This document shows positions 9,205 through 20,220 of a DNA stretch of 33,755 nucleotides, in pieces. The number at the start of each line of letters is the position of its first letter. Position 1 is the stretch's first letter. The stretch covers positions 1 to 33,755 of the forward strand of contig JADGIG010000042.1 of the NCBI GenBank assembly GCA_018985235.1. The letters run 5' to 3'. The notes below the pieces were generated by a model, which ran no database searches, was not told the DNA's origin, and was given only the letters and a program-made list of their open reading frames with translations. Both the position numbers and the translations under genes were made by a program. The stretch is from Sanchytrium tribonematis (taxonomy: Eukaryota).

Positions 9205-10065
9205 TTAAACAGGACTAGAATTGGTATCTTTTTGAGTAGCTTCCAAAGTTTTTTGAGGCATTGTCTTTAGCTCTGTTTCTATTTCTGATTCAATCTTTCT
9301 CGTTGAACCGACCCAAACGTGAACTTGATCTAAATACGAAAATACTTTTGTTGAGTTTGAATAATAAAATGCAGATACAATAGCTAATAGAGCTACAAAT
9401 ATACTTAATATGCCAACAAAATTTGAAAATTCTAGAGATAGAAAGGCAACGCCCATGGCTATATAAAAAAAAGAAGCCGCCCGGTACGATATCGTAATAA
9501 AACGCACCAGCTCTACTCTTTTTTCTTCGTCGAGTGGTAAAGTAGACAACACTTTCAATACTGTGAAATCATTCAGGATTAAAACTCCCCACATTAACGC
9601 GCTATATCCGTATGTTACTACAGGTCGTTCGATGTAAAATAATCCAGCATAATTTAACATGTTTGCGATGAAAACAGTGACTGTCACAAATAAAAAGAAA
9701 AATTGGGATTTGTATCTCCTTTCAGATATTAGCGATTTTAAACCTATGGTGAATTTTATGGACAATAATCCGTTAACGAACATGTTAAGATTGATAAATA
9801 GCTCTTCAGCGGTATTAATGGCTGCAATTGCATGAAGAGTGGCGAACTCATAAGTATAAGTTCCTTGATTCAATGCCCAAATCCGTTCTGCCAACATGCA
9901 TCCAAATGTAGGAAAAGTAACCACAAGTCGAAATAATAATGAAATTTTGAAAGAGCTTCTTAGATTTCTCAATCCAATTGTATCTTTGATTGATATTCCC
10001 ACGACAAACATGCCCCCTAGAAGAAATGCGACTTCTAACAATACAACCAAAGTCTGTTCAATCAT
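9205..10065 (-). CDS. Uncharacterised polytopic membrane protein with about 7 hydrophobic helices (GPCR-like topology)
   Basis: Seven hydrophobic stretches read by eye and a polar S/T-rich C-terminal tail; no family motif recognised. Confidence 0.6.
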   Translation of the reverse strand: MIEQTLVVLLEVAFLLGGMFVVGISIKDTIGLRNLRSSFKISLLFRLVVTFPTFGCMLAERIWALNQGTYTYEFATLHAIAAINTAEELFINLNMFVNGLLSIKFTIGLKSLISERRYKSQFFFLFVTVTVFIANMLNYAGLFYIERPVVTYGYSALMWGVLILNDFTVLKVLSTLPLDEEKRVELVRFITISYRAASFFYIAMGVAFLSLEFSNFVGILSIFVALLAIVSAFYYSNSTKVFSYLDQVHVWVGSTRKIESEIETELKTMPQKTLEATQKDTNSSPV

Positions 10066-10149
10066 CAGATGGCTCCGAATTTGCCAATCAATAACAATTT
10101 ACGTGGCTCAAATTCAGCAAAAATGAAAAAATCTCCTTAGTTTTATATT

Positions 10150-12147
10150 ATGGCGACCAGAAGCATTGGGGAGGATCTTGTCGCGTTAATGCAAAAACAA
10201 GAAGAATTTTATCTTCATTTGGAACCGGTATCTCTTGATGAAATTGAAATTAATTTAGAACTTTTAAAAAATCCAGTTAACCAAGATGCGCATACATTTA
10301 ATACATTTGTCAAGGAGCAGTCCACAATATCCAAAATTAATGCCCTAAGTGTTCAAGCCTTGGAATCTGTTCAATATCAAATTAAGAAATCTGACGCTTT
10401 AGCGGTCTTACAGCAAGTTAATCAACAGCAAACTCAACTTGCGCGGTTTTTAGAATTAAAAGAGATGCTCACTCAAATTATAGAACACTCAGTTCTAAAA
10501 CCCGAGAGTTTTGTAAAATTAACAATGACTGAAGTCAATTTGGTTTGGATTCAAGATTTCAATTCTATTTTGACAATTTTAGATCATCTTAAACATCGCC
10601 CACATTGGCAGGTCACCGGAAAGGTACTTCCTAATGTAGAGCAATTGTGTAAATACGGGCTAGACAAATTGTGTAGTTATTTAGAGACTCATTTCACTTA
10701 TATAAAAGATCATCCAAATACAAACATTACTATCCGTCATCAAAGACTTAAAATGTGTTCACCTGCTTTAAAAATGGTAAAGAAAACATTTCCGGATACA
10801 TTTAGCAAAATTCGACAAGAATATTTCATCATTGTGGAGCAATATTATTTAAGGCTATTCAGTGAATATATTGGATCACTGAGACAATCTGCGCTACCCG
10901 ATCACGAGCCCTCTCCTTTTTCAGAGTGGCTTAAGACTTCAGATTTGAAAGGTAGTGAATATTATATTGAAAATATTGACGAACTTCTTAGACCCGAGAA
11001 ATATGTTTTATTTATTAGCCCTAATCAAAAAATCACTAACATCAAAATAGCTCAAGCCCTTTTAAAGGTTCTAGTTGATACGTGGTCAAGTGAACGAAGT
11101 TTTTTATTAGAATTTTTTGCATTATCAACAATGAGTAATTCTAAAAAGGAACCTCGACATCCTGATTACGATGTGTTTAAAGGAACTCATACATTTGCAT
11201 TTAATACGATTCATCAGCTTGTTTCCAAATTTACCTTGACAAATCTTATGGTAGTATTACAGACTATAAACAGCCTCGGAAATGCCACCCCAATCTCAAA
11301 GCAAGAATTAAGAATTAGTAATTTAAGCATAGAAACTACTTCTATCATACGTAAATATCTCAAGGAGCTTATTTTGTTTTTGGAAACTAACGAGCAGCAA
11401 CTTAAAAAATCAATCAAACACAAAGCTGAATATGATACTTTAGAATGCCCTCCCCCAGATCAAATTCTAAAATTACATGGGACTCGCTGCATGGCAGACA
11501 TATTTGTTGTATCAATCCACATAAATTCGCATGGAATTATCTTTACTGAGTTTTGGGACATGCTGTATCATTCATATCAGGCTTTTGTGAGTTGCTTGCA
11601 GGGTTATTCTGGTGTTAACTCAAGCACCATTCTACACCACCATTCATTTATACTTACAAATCTTTATTTTATAGATGTTTGTATAAGGCAAAATCTAGAA
11701 AAATTTGATTTGCCACAAAAAGAGCGACATTTCAAAATTTTTGATCAATGTGTTGACGATTTTTGCAAAGATATGTTATCGATTTCTTTTCCAGGATTTA
11801 TGAGCGTTTTGCAAGAATTTACGAGTGACCAGGTTGAAGCTCCGACTCACGATTTGCTGGAGCAGATTAGTGAAGAGTTTGGAAATCAATGGAGAAATGT
11901 TTTACAAGATATAATGCAAATTATACCAATGTGTTTTGCTGTAACTGAGCTTTCTGGATTCTTGTTGAAAAAGTTTTCTGAATATTTCTTATTTACATAT
12001 TCCTCTTATTTAAATTTATTGGATAGAGTGCTTTTTAATGAGACAAAAACAAGTACAACTAATTCCACTAAGCGTTATCCATTTAAGCGGCAGCCACAGC
12101 CAATGCAATCTCTATTGGTCGAATTGAAAAAATATAATGTCATGTAA
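10150..12147 (+). CDS. VPS52: GARP complex subunit Vps52/Sac2-like
   Basis: N-terminal coiled coil, PNTNITIRHQRL, LVDTWSSERSFLLEFF, and C-terminal MQSLLVELKKY typical of Vps52. Confidence 0.7.
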   Translation: MATRSIGEDLVALMQKQEEFYLHLEPVSLDEIEINLELLKNPVNQDAHTFNTFVKEQSTISKINALSVQALESVQYQIKKSDALAVLQQVNQQQTQLARFLELKEMLTQIIEHSVLKPESFVKLTMTEVNLVWIQDFNSILTILDHLKHRPHWQVTGKVLPNVEQLCKYGLDKLCSYLETHFTYIKDHPNTNITIRHQRLKMCSPALKMVKKTFPDTFSKIRQEYFIIVEQYYLRLFSEYIGSLRQSALPDHEPSPFSEWLKTSDLKGSEYYIENIDELLRPEKYVLFISPNQKITNIKIAQALLKVLVDTWSSERSFLLEFFALSTMSNSKKEPRHPDYDVFKGTHTFAFNTIHQLVSKFTLTNLMVVLQTINSLGNATPISKQELRISNLSIETTSIIRKYLKELILFLETNEQQLKKSIKHKAEYDTLECPPPDQILKLHGTRCMADIFVVSIHINSHGIIFTEFWDMLYHSYQAFVSCLQGYSGVNSSTILHHHSFILTNLYFIDVCIRQNLEKFDLPQKERHFKIFDQCVDDFCKDMLSISFPGFMSVLQEFTSDQVEAPTHDLLEQISEEFGNQWRNVLQDIMQIIPMCFAVTELSGFLLKKFSEYFLFTYSSYLNLLDRVLFNETKTSTTNSTKRYPFKRQPQPMQSLLVELKKYNVM

Positions 12148-12181
12148 AAGAAGAATATTAATGTTTCTATAATAAATTTAC

Positions 12182-13129
12182 TTATGTCAATTTCTTGGTG
12201 CGTTTAGACGCCATGTTCACCTTTCGATCGACTTTGTCAACATCGGCATTTATGTCGTCCAAAAGACGATTCTGAAGGGCGATCTCACTACTCATATCCA
12301 ACCCAATTTGCTTTTGAACTCTTAGAGACTGGCGAATCAATTCAAGCTGTTGGTCCTGTTGTTTGAGCATGACTTGGCCATTTGGTAAGCTTGTGGAGGT
12401 GAAAGTGGGCAAGGATTCGGTTTTGTTTAGAGATCCAGGAACAAAATTGTTGTAAGAAGTCACAGGTACTGGTATAGACGTAGAAGAAGGCGAAGAGCTA
12501 CCAAGAACTCGCTTACGCGGTGACTCTTGAATTTGCTTCAATATACTCTGTACTTTCATCTCTAATTCTCTATATGATTTCATTTTTCTCTCGTATTCAC
12601 CCCCAGAACTTTTGTCCGTCTGCATTAATTGATATAATGTGGGAAGAAACTCTTTAATTGGTGTCACTTTAAGATTTATATCTTGATTGATTTTATAGGA
12701 TTGATGGATCTGATTATTACGAACGCATTCCACTCTTTTTTGTATTAATGTCTCTATATCATCCAGTTGATTTTCTATAATTTGAACATCTTTGTAAAAA
12801 TCTTTTTCGAATGTCAAGGATTGTTTAGATAGCTCAACATCGAGTCCCAAGAATTCTCTAAAAATAGGATGATTGATAAACTGAATGCACTGGAGCAAAT
12901 ATTGTCTCAGTTGAAGTTTTCTCTCATCGACTACTGCACTAGAAGTCGACCAATATCTTTTTGGTGGTAAGTTGAAAGGTGGTTTTAATTTATCATGTAA
13001 TTCTAAAAAATCAGAATATCGTTTTTTGATCGTCCATTCTTGCTGGTTGTTGTGATTAATAGTGAAAACATAGACCACATATTGCGATGCAATTGTTTCT
13101 GTTTTGACATTTATAATTTTGATCGACAT
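12182..13129 (-). CDS. VAM7: Vam7-like soluble Qc-SNARE with N-terminal PX domain
   Basis: PX domain (YVVYVF...KKRYSDFLELHDKL...LPPK...ERKLQLRQYL) plus C-terminal SNARE motif (QQDQQLE...EIALQNRLLDDI), no TM anchor. Confidence 0.85.
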   Translation of the reverse strand: MSIKIINVKTETIASQYVVYVFTINHNNQQEWTIKKRYSDFLELHDKLKPPFNLPPKRYWSTSSAVVDERKLQLRQYLLQCIQFINHPIFREFLGLDVELSKQSLTFEKDFYKDVQIIENQLDDIETLIQKRVECVRNNQIHQSYKINQDINLKVTPIKEFLPTLYQLMQTDKSSGGEYERKMKSYRELEMKVQSILKQIQESPRKRVLGSSSPSSTSIPVPVTSYNNFVPGSLNKTESLPTFTSTSLPNGQVMLKQQDQQLELIRQSLRVQKQIGLDMSSEIALQNRLLDDINADVDKVDRKVNMASKRTKKLT

Positions 13130-13159
13130 CGTGTCAAAAAAACGTTTCAGAATTGCAAT

Positions 13160-14282
13160 TTATTTTCTATAGTAATTTTGTGGCACAAACGGCATTTTAG
13201 CAATTTCAAAGTCGTAGAGCTTTTCTCTCACTTTAACTTGACCTGTTGTCTTGGGTGGCAAATAGCACATGGCAATATTTTTCTTAAGCGAAGGAGATGG
13301 ACAACCGCTTGTGATTTTTCCAATGATTTTTCCTTCTTTTAGTATTGGTGCTCCCGATCGAGCTGGAACTTTGGGTATTAGTACGCCCACTCTTTTTTTG
13401 AGTACTCCTAGTTCCTTTTGAGATTTAAAAATGTCATATCCTAGAAATCCACCTTCAGCACGTCTTCTCTTACCAACGGCAAACAATAATGATGCCTCCA
13501 GAATCGTTGTAGTCTCATCAATATCATTTCCGTATAAACACAATCCGGATTCCAGACGTAGACTGTCTCTGGCACCAAGCCCTGCAGGTAAAACCCCACT
13601 TTTTATCAGCTTTTCCGCAAAATTCTCAGCTTTGTCATTATCGATACTTACTTCGACACCGTCTTCGCCTGTATAGCTATGTTAAAAATAATTACCCGCA
13701 TCTTGTTACTCTCAAATATGTATCTTCATATCTGACATTTCGGCCATTCATGAAATATAAATTTTTTAAAGATGTTCCCATAATCTTTTCAAATTTTTCG
13801 ACTGCCCTAGGTCCTTGAATGGCTATAAGGGATTTTTGAATCTCTTTTATAGATAACGAGTTAAAATCAGAAACTTTCTGATGATTCGATAAATATTCAA
13901 TTACTTTATCTCTACATCCCGCGTTACTCACAAGGTAGAAATTATCGTCTTTGACCTTTTGCACAATTGCGTCATCCACAATTGTACCTTTTTCGTTGGT
14001 CAGCAAAGTGTACAATGCTTGTCCATCTTTCAATTCATTTATATCTCCACATGAAATTTTCTCGAGAAATTTGACACTGTCTTTACCAGTTATTGAGGTT
14101 TGCAGCATGTGGCTAACGTCAAATAAAGCTGCGTCACTTCTACAAGCCTGATGTGCTTTCGCATGACCTTCTTTGTATACTACAGGTAAATCATATCCGC
14201 AAAACGAGACCATCTGAGCGCCAAGCTTCTCATGTAGCGAGTATAGTGCAGTTTTAAGATAAGAAACTTTGGAAGTAAACAT
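13160..14282 (-). CDS. GCV1: Glycine cleavage system T protein (aminomethyltransferase), mitochondrial; two exons (14282-13696, 13676-13160), 367 aa
   Basis: KTALYSLH, LFDVSHM, GTIVDD, IAIQGP, spliced TRCGYTGEDGVE, GLGARDSLRLESGLCLYGND, ITSGCPSPSL. Confidence 0.95.
13677..13695 (-). other. 19-nt spliceosomal intron (GTAATTATTTTTAACATAG), phase 2
   Basis: Removal restores the conserved TRCG-YTGEDG motif exactly. Confidence 0.96.
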
Positions 14283-14314
14283 TTGCCTCAAAAGCGGGGA
14301 GCCATTCAAAAAAT

Positions 14315-15709
14315 TTAGTTGGAACCTTTATTTGTTTTTAAGAGCTTTGCAAGCATGAATGCTATATCCAAACTTTGTTCGTAATTGAGCCTGGGATCGC
14401 AATTCGACAAATAATTTGATGGAAGATCTTTATCAACTAATTCCATGGTACCTCCTACACATTCAGTTACACTTTCTCCTGTCATTTCTAAATGAATGCC
14501 ATTTAGTTTGGAGTTATTTTGGTGATGTATAGAAAACGATTTTTTGATTTCTTCTACAATGGATGCATAGATTCGAGTTTTCTTTCCAGACTCACTTTGA
14601 ATAGTATTTCCATGACAAGGATCTACAATCCAACATGGACGTCTATTCTCATTCGCAACAGCTCGGATTATGTTGGGCAAGTATTCTTCCACTTTATCTT
14701 TGCCAAAACGGGTGATGAGGACAATTTTGCCAATTTCTTTATCCGGGTTCAATAAATCGAGTAAATTGATGAGTTCTTGCACCTTCATGCTGGGGCCCAC
14801 TTTGACTCCGATGGGATTTGCTATGCCTCTAAAGAACTCGACATGGGCATGATCAAGCTGCCGTGTTCTATCACCAATCCACAAAATGTGAGCACTCAAG
14901 TCAAAATAGTCCTCGCCTACACTTCTAGTCATTTGTTCTTCATAATTCAGATGCAGTCCTTCATGGCTCGTGTAAAAGTCTACCGTTGACAAAGGCCCTT
15001 TGGAAGCAAATGTGGAGCCTGGGTTATAATCATCCGCTCCAACTGTTTTTAAAAATTCCAAAGCATTCATCATGTCATTTATAATATTCGTATATTCGCG
15101 TTTGATCTCTTCATTAACAACATGAGAAAAATTCCACTGATGTGGATCATGTAAATCTGCAAATCCAGAATTCAGGATTCCTCTGATGAAATTAAGAGTA
15201 GCAGAAGAAAAACAATGGCTTTGGAATAATCTGTTGGGATCAGGATCTCTGGCAGTAGGATCTGTAGAATTGATATTATCACCGCGATACGTAAGAACCT
15301 CTTTGCCCAAATGCATTTCTGTAGGACTAGACCTCGGTTTAGCATATTGACCAGCGATACGTCCAATTTTAACAACTGGGACTCTTGCCAAGTAAGAAAT
15401 AACCAATGACATTTGAAGCATAATTTTGATTTTTGACACAATCACTGACTCTTGACAATCCTCAAAAGATTCTGCACAATCGCCACCTTGCAGTATAAAT
15501 TTCTCACCAAGTGCTGCTGATCTTAACTGCTCTTTCAATTGATTAATTTCCTGAGGAAAAACTAATGGCGGCATTCGTCCCAATTGATCAAGAATTTGTG
15601 CATATGCTTCTTCGTTCTTATATTCCACCTGTTGCTTTGCGGGAAACTTCTTGTACGAGTCTTTTTTCCACATAAAATGGTTACAAGGGACTGGCAAAAT
15701 TGACAACAT
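14315..15709 (-). CDS. Class II DAHP synthase (phospho-2-dehydro-3-deoxyheptonate aldolase)
   Basis: QGGDCAESF, GRIAGQYAKPRS, YRGDNIN, FYTSHEGL, LWIGDRTRQ, DPCHGNT, GIHLEMTG, CDPRLN. Confidence 0.95.
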   Translation of the reverse strand: MLSILPVPCNHFMWKKDSYKKFPAKQQVEYKNEEAYAQILDQLGRMPPLVFPQEINQLKEQLRSAALGEKFILQGGDCAESFEDCQESVIVSKIKIMLQMSLVISYLARVPVVKIGRIAGQYAKPRSSPTEMHLGKEVLTYRGDNINSTDPTARDPDPNRLFQSHCFSSATLNFIRGILNSGFADLHDPHQWNFSHVVNEEIKREYTNIINDMMNALEFLKTVGADDYNPGSTFASKGPLSTVDFYTSHEGLHLNYEEQMTRSVGEDYFDLSAHILWIGDRTRQLDHAHVEFFRGIANPIGVKVGPSMKVQELINLLDLLNPDKEIGKIVLITRFGKDKVEEYLPNIIRAVANENRRPCWIVDPCHGNTIQSESGKKTRIYASIVEEIKKSFSIHHQNNSKLNGIHLEMTGESVTECVGGTMELVDKDLPSNYLSNCDPRLNYEQSLDIAFMLAKLLKTNKGSN

Positions 15710-15799
15710 CTGAGTAAAATTATTAAATTAAATTTAATGTAAAAGACAAAAATTCGGATTAGTTGTCTTAAACAATTGAATTCATAGTTCCCCCAAATT

Positions 15800-16582
15800 A
15801 TGATACGAGGAAGAAAGTTGAAATATATTTGGATAACCATTCCAATTTTTAGCGCTTTATTGTACGTTGATCGGACCCGAACAACGTTCAGGAGTACTAA
15901 ATTGTTTAATAAGGACATTAAAACAAATTACTTGGAGTTTAGAATCAAAGAACCCGTGAAGGCAAAAAAAATTCCGTTTTACTATGTTGTGAAAGAACCA
16001 AATATACAAGCTATCCGACAATATACGCCGATAATTCTTAAAAATGACTTCCTTCAGTTTTTTGTCAAGCTATACCCAAAAAGTCTAATGGGAAGATACT
16101 TATGCAATGTTGAGGAAATGCAATTTAAGGGACCTTATATCCATCCACAATTAGAAAGCATAGGAATCGAAAAATGTATTGAAAATAATGAAAACATCTT
16201 GTGCATTGCTGGAGGAACTGGAATATTACCATTTTATCAACTTTTACAGAAGTATGGAGAAGCTAGCCTCGATTTATTTTATTGCTCATCCGACGATTTT
16301 CTTAAAAAAGAACTTGGCTCTTTCGCTAATGTCAGATATTTCAATCCTGCCAACCCTTTGAACTTACATAGTAGCAGCAATTTGAAAAAATACAAGTATA
16401 TATTGATATGTGGCCCAGAAAGACTAACTCATGAATTGGCAGGGTACGATAACGATGAATTTTATTCCCTGGACGGCTTATACCGTCAAGAACATAATTT
16501 ACCCATAGACGTGCCTTTAAAACCACTTCGTGGTAAGTTAAAAGAACTTGGACTCAATGATGAACAAGTAGTTGTTCTATAA
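15800..16582 (+). CDS. Cytochrome b5 reductase-like FAD/NAD(P) oxidoreductase (Cyc2/MCR1-like) with N-terminal membrane anchor
   Basis: RQYTP, VKLYPKSLMGRYL, KGP, IAGGTGILPFYQL and ICGP are FNR-family motifs. Confidence 0.8.
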   Translation: MIRGRKLKYIWITIPIFSALLYVDRTRTTFRSTKLFNKDIKTNYLEFRIKEPVKAKKIPFYYVVKEPNIQAIRQYTPIILKNDFLQFFVKLYPKSLMGRYLCNVEEMQFKGPYIHPQLESIGIEKCIENNENILCIAGGTGILPFYQLLQKYGEASLDLFYCSSDDFLKKELGSFANVRYFNPANPLNLHSSSNLKKYKYILICGPERLTHELAGYDNDEFYSLDGLYRQEHNLPIDVPLKPLRGKLKELGLNDEQVVVL

Positions 16583-16631
16583 GCTGAATAAAAGTATTAT
16601 CTGAATATTTTTTTCTAGGTGAAACAAACAA

Positions 16632-18342
16632 ATGCCGAATCAAAATAATCTTGGTTCGCCCATTTTAATATATGCGGACCATATAAAATACAAGGGTTCT
16701 GTTATAAAAGGTTACCTTTACACCAAATTTATTCAAATATTAGAATCTGGAAAAATTCCTTCTGAATTAAGTGGAGTATTGCCTCCCCAAGTGGAAATAG
16801 AAATTTATGATGAAAGCCTGCAATTAATTCATAAAGATAACATAAAATTGTCTATGAGTCTTGCTGCCAAATTTACTTTAACAGAGCAGCAAGGATCATC
16901 AATTTTCGAAAATCTGCGTTTAGAACAAGATAAGTTAAAGCTGATTCCTCTGAATTTAAATAATAACCCTTTAATTTTTGTTAACAGAAAGCATGAAAAT
17001 TTTGAACAAAATTGGAGTAATACAATATCTAAAAAGAGGAAAATTATAGAAGAAGTTGAAATTTTTGAGACTACAAAAGAATTGGAAGATATTGATCTTG
17101 ATTTGTACAATATACCTGTAAATACACTTTTTATATCCAAGCATCAAAAAGTCCTTGAAGAAATCAATAAGCGGCTTTCAATTCCAATCGAGACCATCGA
17201 GGAAAGTAAGGTTAAACCGCCTAATCAAGGACACGTACTTGTGCAAACCATTAAATTCAAAAGCAAATTTCCGGAAAAGGCTACCAGTTACGCTACCATG
17301 AATCTATATTCATCCTTAAGTGTTGAGAACATAGAAATTATAATGTACTTTGGTTCTGCAGTAGATACAATTTTAAACGGGTTTAAGTATAGAATACCTA
17401 TCGGAAGGCGCGATAATATACCTACATTTGTTGAAAGAATCAAAATTAGCATGCAGAATTTTTACACGTTAGACTACGAATCAAAATTGAACATAGCCTC
17501 ACCACCTACAAGACCGATACAGACACCCGAACAGAATATGTCAGAAGATCAAAAATCTAATTTGATGCAATACCAACAGCAGATGCAGCAGCAGCAACAA
17601 CAAATTCCTCAGCAAATGCCACAACCGGTTCCACAGATGATGCAACCAGCATATGCAATGAGACCAGTATTTTTAGTTTATGTAGAATTATCCTACCAAT
17701 ATACCTCAAACTGTTGCTACTCAAAACAGCAACCCACAAGGTAGTCCTTCAATGAATAATACACACTCACCCAGACCGATTTTCTCGCCATATAATCGGC
17801 CGTATAGACCACAAATGCAGCAACAACTTCAAAATAATCCAAATTCCAGCCCACTTATGAATGGTCAAAATTACCCAGCTCCACAACACGGTTATCCAGT
17901 ATTCCAACCTACTCCTGGTTATCGGGGGCAGTTTTCACAACAGCAATACTCGCCGCAGCAATTACAACAAATGCAACAAATGCAAATGCAATATCAGCAA
18001 CATATGCATTATCAGCAGCAAATGCAACATCAAATGCCGAATCAACAAATGCAAAATCAGCAAATGCAAAGTCAACAAATGATAAACCAGCAAATGCCAA
18101 ATCAGCAAGTTCAGAATCAGCAAATGCCAAATCAAATGCCAAATCAGCAAATGATGCCACAAAATATGATGCCACAGCAACCAATTATAATACAACAACC
18201 TGTGATGCAGCAACAAATGATGCCACCACAGCCCATTGGCCGTCGTCCTACCGCGACCATGTACCGAAATTCTATAAGCAACATGAAGGCTTCTGGAATG
18301 CAGGTGCCATACCAAAGACCGCCCCAACACCCTCAATCCTGA
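16632..18342 (+). CDS. Spt20-like SAGA subunit with Q/M/P-rich low-complexity C-terminus; two exons (16632-17666, 17686-18342), 563 aa
   Basis: N-terminal ILIYADHIKY...FIQILESGKIPSEL...VEIEIYD resembles the Spt20 domain. A 19-nt intron joins the two Q-rich ORFs in frame. Confidence 0.6.
17667..17685 (+). other. 19-nt spliceosomal intron (GTATTTTTAGTTTATGTAG), phase 0
   Basis: Removal gives AMRP-NYPTNIPQ...GSPSMNN, in frame with ORF 17752..18342; matches the consensus of the other eight. Confidence 0.88.
17941..18230 (+). repeat. Low-complexity Gln-rich coding repeats (QQMPN/QQMQN units)
   Basis: Recurrent cagcaaatgccaaat / caacaaatgcaa units. Confidence 0.85.
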
Positions 18343-18367
18343 ATGCCGCAGGCTAATTAGAATGTAA

Positions 18368-19096
18368 TTAAAGTTTATTATCCATTAAAATATGTTTTTC
18401 AAATTCAATAAGTTGGCAAATAAAGCCTAAATGTGGGTTAGCGGTGGGCGACTTCTTTTTTACCAATAAAAGTGCCTCCTGAAAGCTAATTTTTTGATCG
18501 TACATTATGTAAGCAATAACAACAGAAGCACTTCTCGAAACTCCACATTGACAATGTATCATTACATTTTTGTTTTTCCGTCTTTGCTTTTCAATAAATG
18601 AGAATGCTACATTTAAATACTCTATAAAATTGTCTTGATAATGGGACCAGTTAAATTTTGCATATTCAATAGTTGAATTCTCAAATGCGGATTCGTCCAA
18701 TTCATTCAGGATTGTAGATGGCCTTCTGCCCTGAGGTCCGCCTGATTCCAAAATAGCTTGGACCGCAAGAGATGGTTTTGGAAACGAAAATGTTGGGAGT
18801 TCAAAAGCACACAATTTCTCATCCTGAGTCTCCGGCGCTGATTTTGGGCCTTCATAAAATCCATCAGTGGGAGTCTGGACTTCTTTGGCGACATTAAGTA
18901 TAGCATTAATTCTATGTTTTTTCAGTAATTGTGGATTTTCGGCAATCTTGGAAGAACCTAAAAATAAATGAGGAATGACTTCAATTGGAGTTTCAAGGCT
19001 TTCTTCAACGTAGCTCTTTTCGACTGGCTTTTCAGATTTCACCTGCGATATATTCAAAGACAGTGGCTTTGACATTTTTTTACCTTTGACTGGCAT
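18368..19096 (-). CDS. Dual-specificity (MAP kinase) phosphatase, Msg5/Pmp1-like
   Basis: PIEVIPHLFLGS, ILNVAKEV, catalytic HCQCGVSRSASVVIAYIM, PHLGFICQL. Confidence 0.9.
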   Translation of the reverse strand: MPVKGKKMSKPLSLNISQVKSEKPVEKSYVEESLETPIEVIPHLFLGSSKIAENPQLLKKHRINAILNVAKEVQTPTDGFYEGPKSAPETQDEKLCAFELPTFSFPKPSLAVQAILESGGPQGRRPSTILNELDESAFENSTIEYAKFNWSHYQDNFIEYLNVAFSFIEKQRRKNKNVMIHCQCGVSRSASVVIAYIMYDQKISFQEALLLVKKKSPTANPHLGFICQLIEFEKHILMDNKL

Positions 19097-19104
19097 GGCA
19101 ATCT

Positions 19105-19235
19105 TTTACGTGGATGAGTGATTGGCAATTTTTTAATTTTTAAACCATTTTTAAGAAAGATGATTGGTAAATGAGAATCCCATGTTGCACTAAATGAAAC
19201 AAAATTGAACACACGAGAACACCATTTTGACGTGG
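19105..19235. promoter_or_regulatory. Candidate promoter of the dual-specificity phosphatase: two CCAAT boxes (TGATTGG at 19119, 19161) and two ACGTGG elements (19108, 19230)
   Basis: Motifs are directly visible in a 162-nt intergenic gap; function is inferred only. Confidence 0.35.
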
Positions 19236-19258
19236 TAAATCAAAGTAAGGTAGAAAGT

Positions 19259-20192
19259 TTATTTGTAACGTTCAGCCATTGCTTTAGCCATTGATACACC
19301 AAGCTGCGCAGGACTGTCACAAACATGAGCACCTGCTGATCTAAGCGCCTTTACCTTATCCTCCGCCTTGCCCTTACCACCAGAAACAATTGCCCCTTAA
19401 TAAATTTTAATTACCAGCATGCCCCATTCTACGACCTGGAGGAGCGGTTCTTCCAGCAATAAAGGAAACAACAGGCTTGTTGTTGACGTTTTTCAACTTA
19501 AGATGTTCGGCCGCTTCTTCTTCAGCGGATCCACCAATTTCCCCAATAAGAATAATACCTTCTGTCTCTGGATCATTTAAAAATAACTCGACTGCGTCTA
19601 CAAAATTGGTGCCATTAAATGGATCTCCACCAATACCAATACATAGAGACTGTCCCAATCCTGCTTTGGTTGTTTGGTCCACCGCTTCGTATGTTAGAGT
19701 TCCGCTTCTAGAAACTATTCCGATGTTTCCCTTTTTATGAATTCTACCAGGCATAATCCCAATTTTACATTCTTCAGGTTTTATTATTCCGGGGCAATTG
19801 GGCCCCACTAGTCTCGACTGGGAATTTTTCAAAGCGTCCTTTACATAAATCATATCTTTTTGCGGTATTCCTTCTGTTATAGTGACTATTAAGGGAACTT
19901 CAGCCTCGATAGCTTCAATCATTGCAGCTTTTGCAAATGGCGGTGGTACATATATCACACTAGCATCAACTTGAAGATCTTTCTTTAAATCATTGATTGT
20001 AGCGTAAACTGGGAGGCCTAAGTGTTGAGTACCCGCCTTGCTTGGAGATATTCCTCCTACCATTTTCGTGCCATAATTGATCGATTGTTCGCAATGAAAT
20101 GTTGCAGTTTTACCCGTAAATCCTTGACATATGACATTGGAATTTTTATTGATTTGCAAAGCCTTCAAATGTTGTAAAAATCGTTTTTGCAT
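19259..20192 (-). CDS. LSC1: Succinyl-CoA ligase alpha subunit, mitochondrial; two exons (20192-19415, 19395-19259), 304 aa
   Basis: [36 protein letters not shown], spliced [14 protein letters not shown]. Confidence 0.96.
19396..19414 (-). other. 19-nt spliceosomal intron (GTAATTAAAATTTATTAAG), phase 1, AAG acceptor
   Basis: Removal restores the phospho-His loop GHAGAI and the missing C-terminal 45 residues. Confidence 0.95.
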
Positions 20193-20220
20193 ACTCCTTT
20201 GATTCAAAAACTATTTATTT

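Noticed and set aside
10150..13129. Functional clustering of Vps52 and Vam7 (and of other neighbours) as an operon-like system
   Set aside because: They are convergent and act in different trafficking steps; neighbouring genes across the window are functionally unrelated housekeeping genes.
14315..15709. Class II DAHP synthase as a horizontal transfer from bacteria
   Set aside because: Class II enzymes are already known in many fungi, and composition matches the flanking genes. Only a phylogeny could support transfer.
16594..16618. 25-nt GT..AG segment upstream of the Spt20-like ATG as a 5' UTR intron
   Set aside because: It has the wrong length, lacks the TWAY motif at -8..-5, and no coding evidence requires it.
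17861..18336. Cys/Lys-, Ala/Phe- and His/Leu-rich alternative ORFs
   Set aside because: Alternative-frame and antisense shadows of the Gln-rich repeat of the Spt20-like gene.
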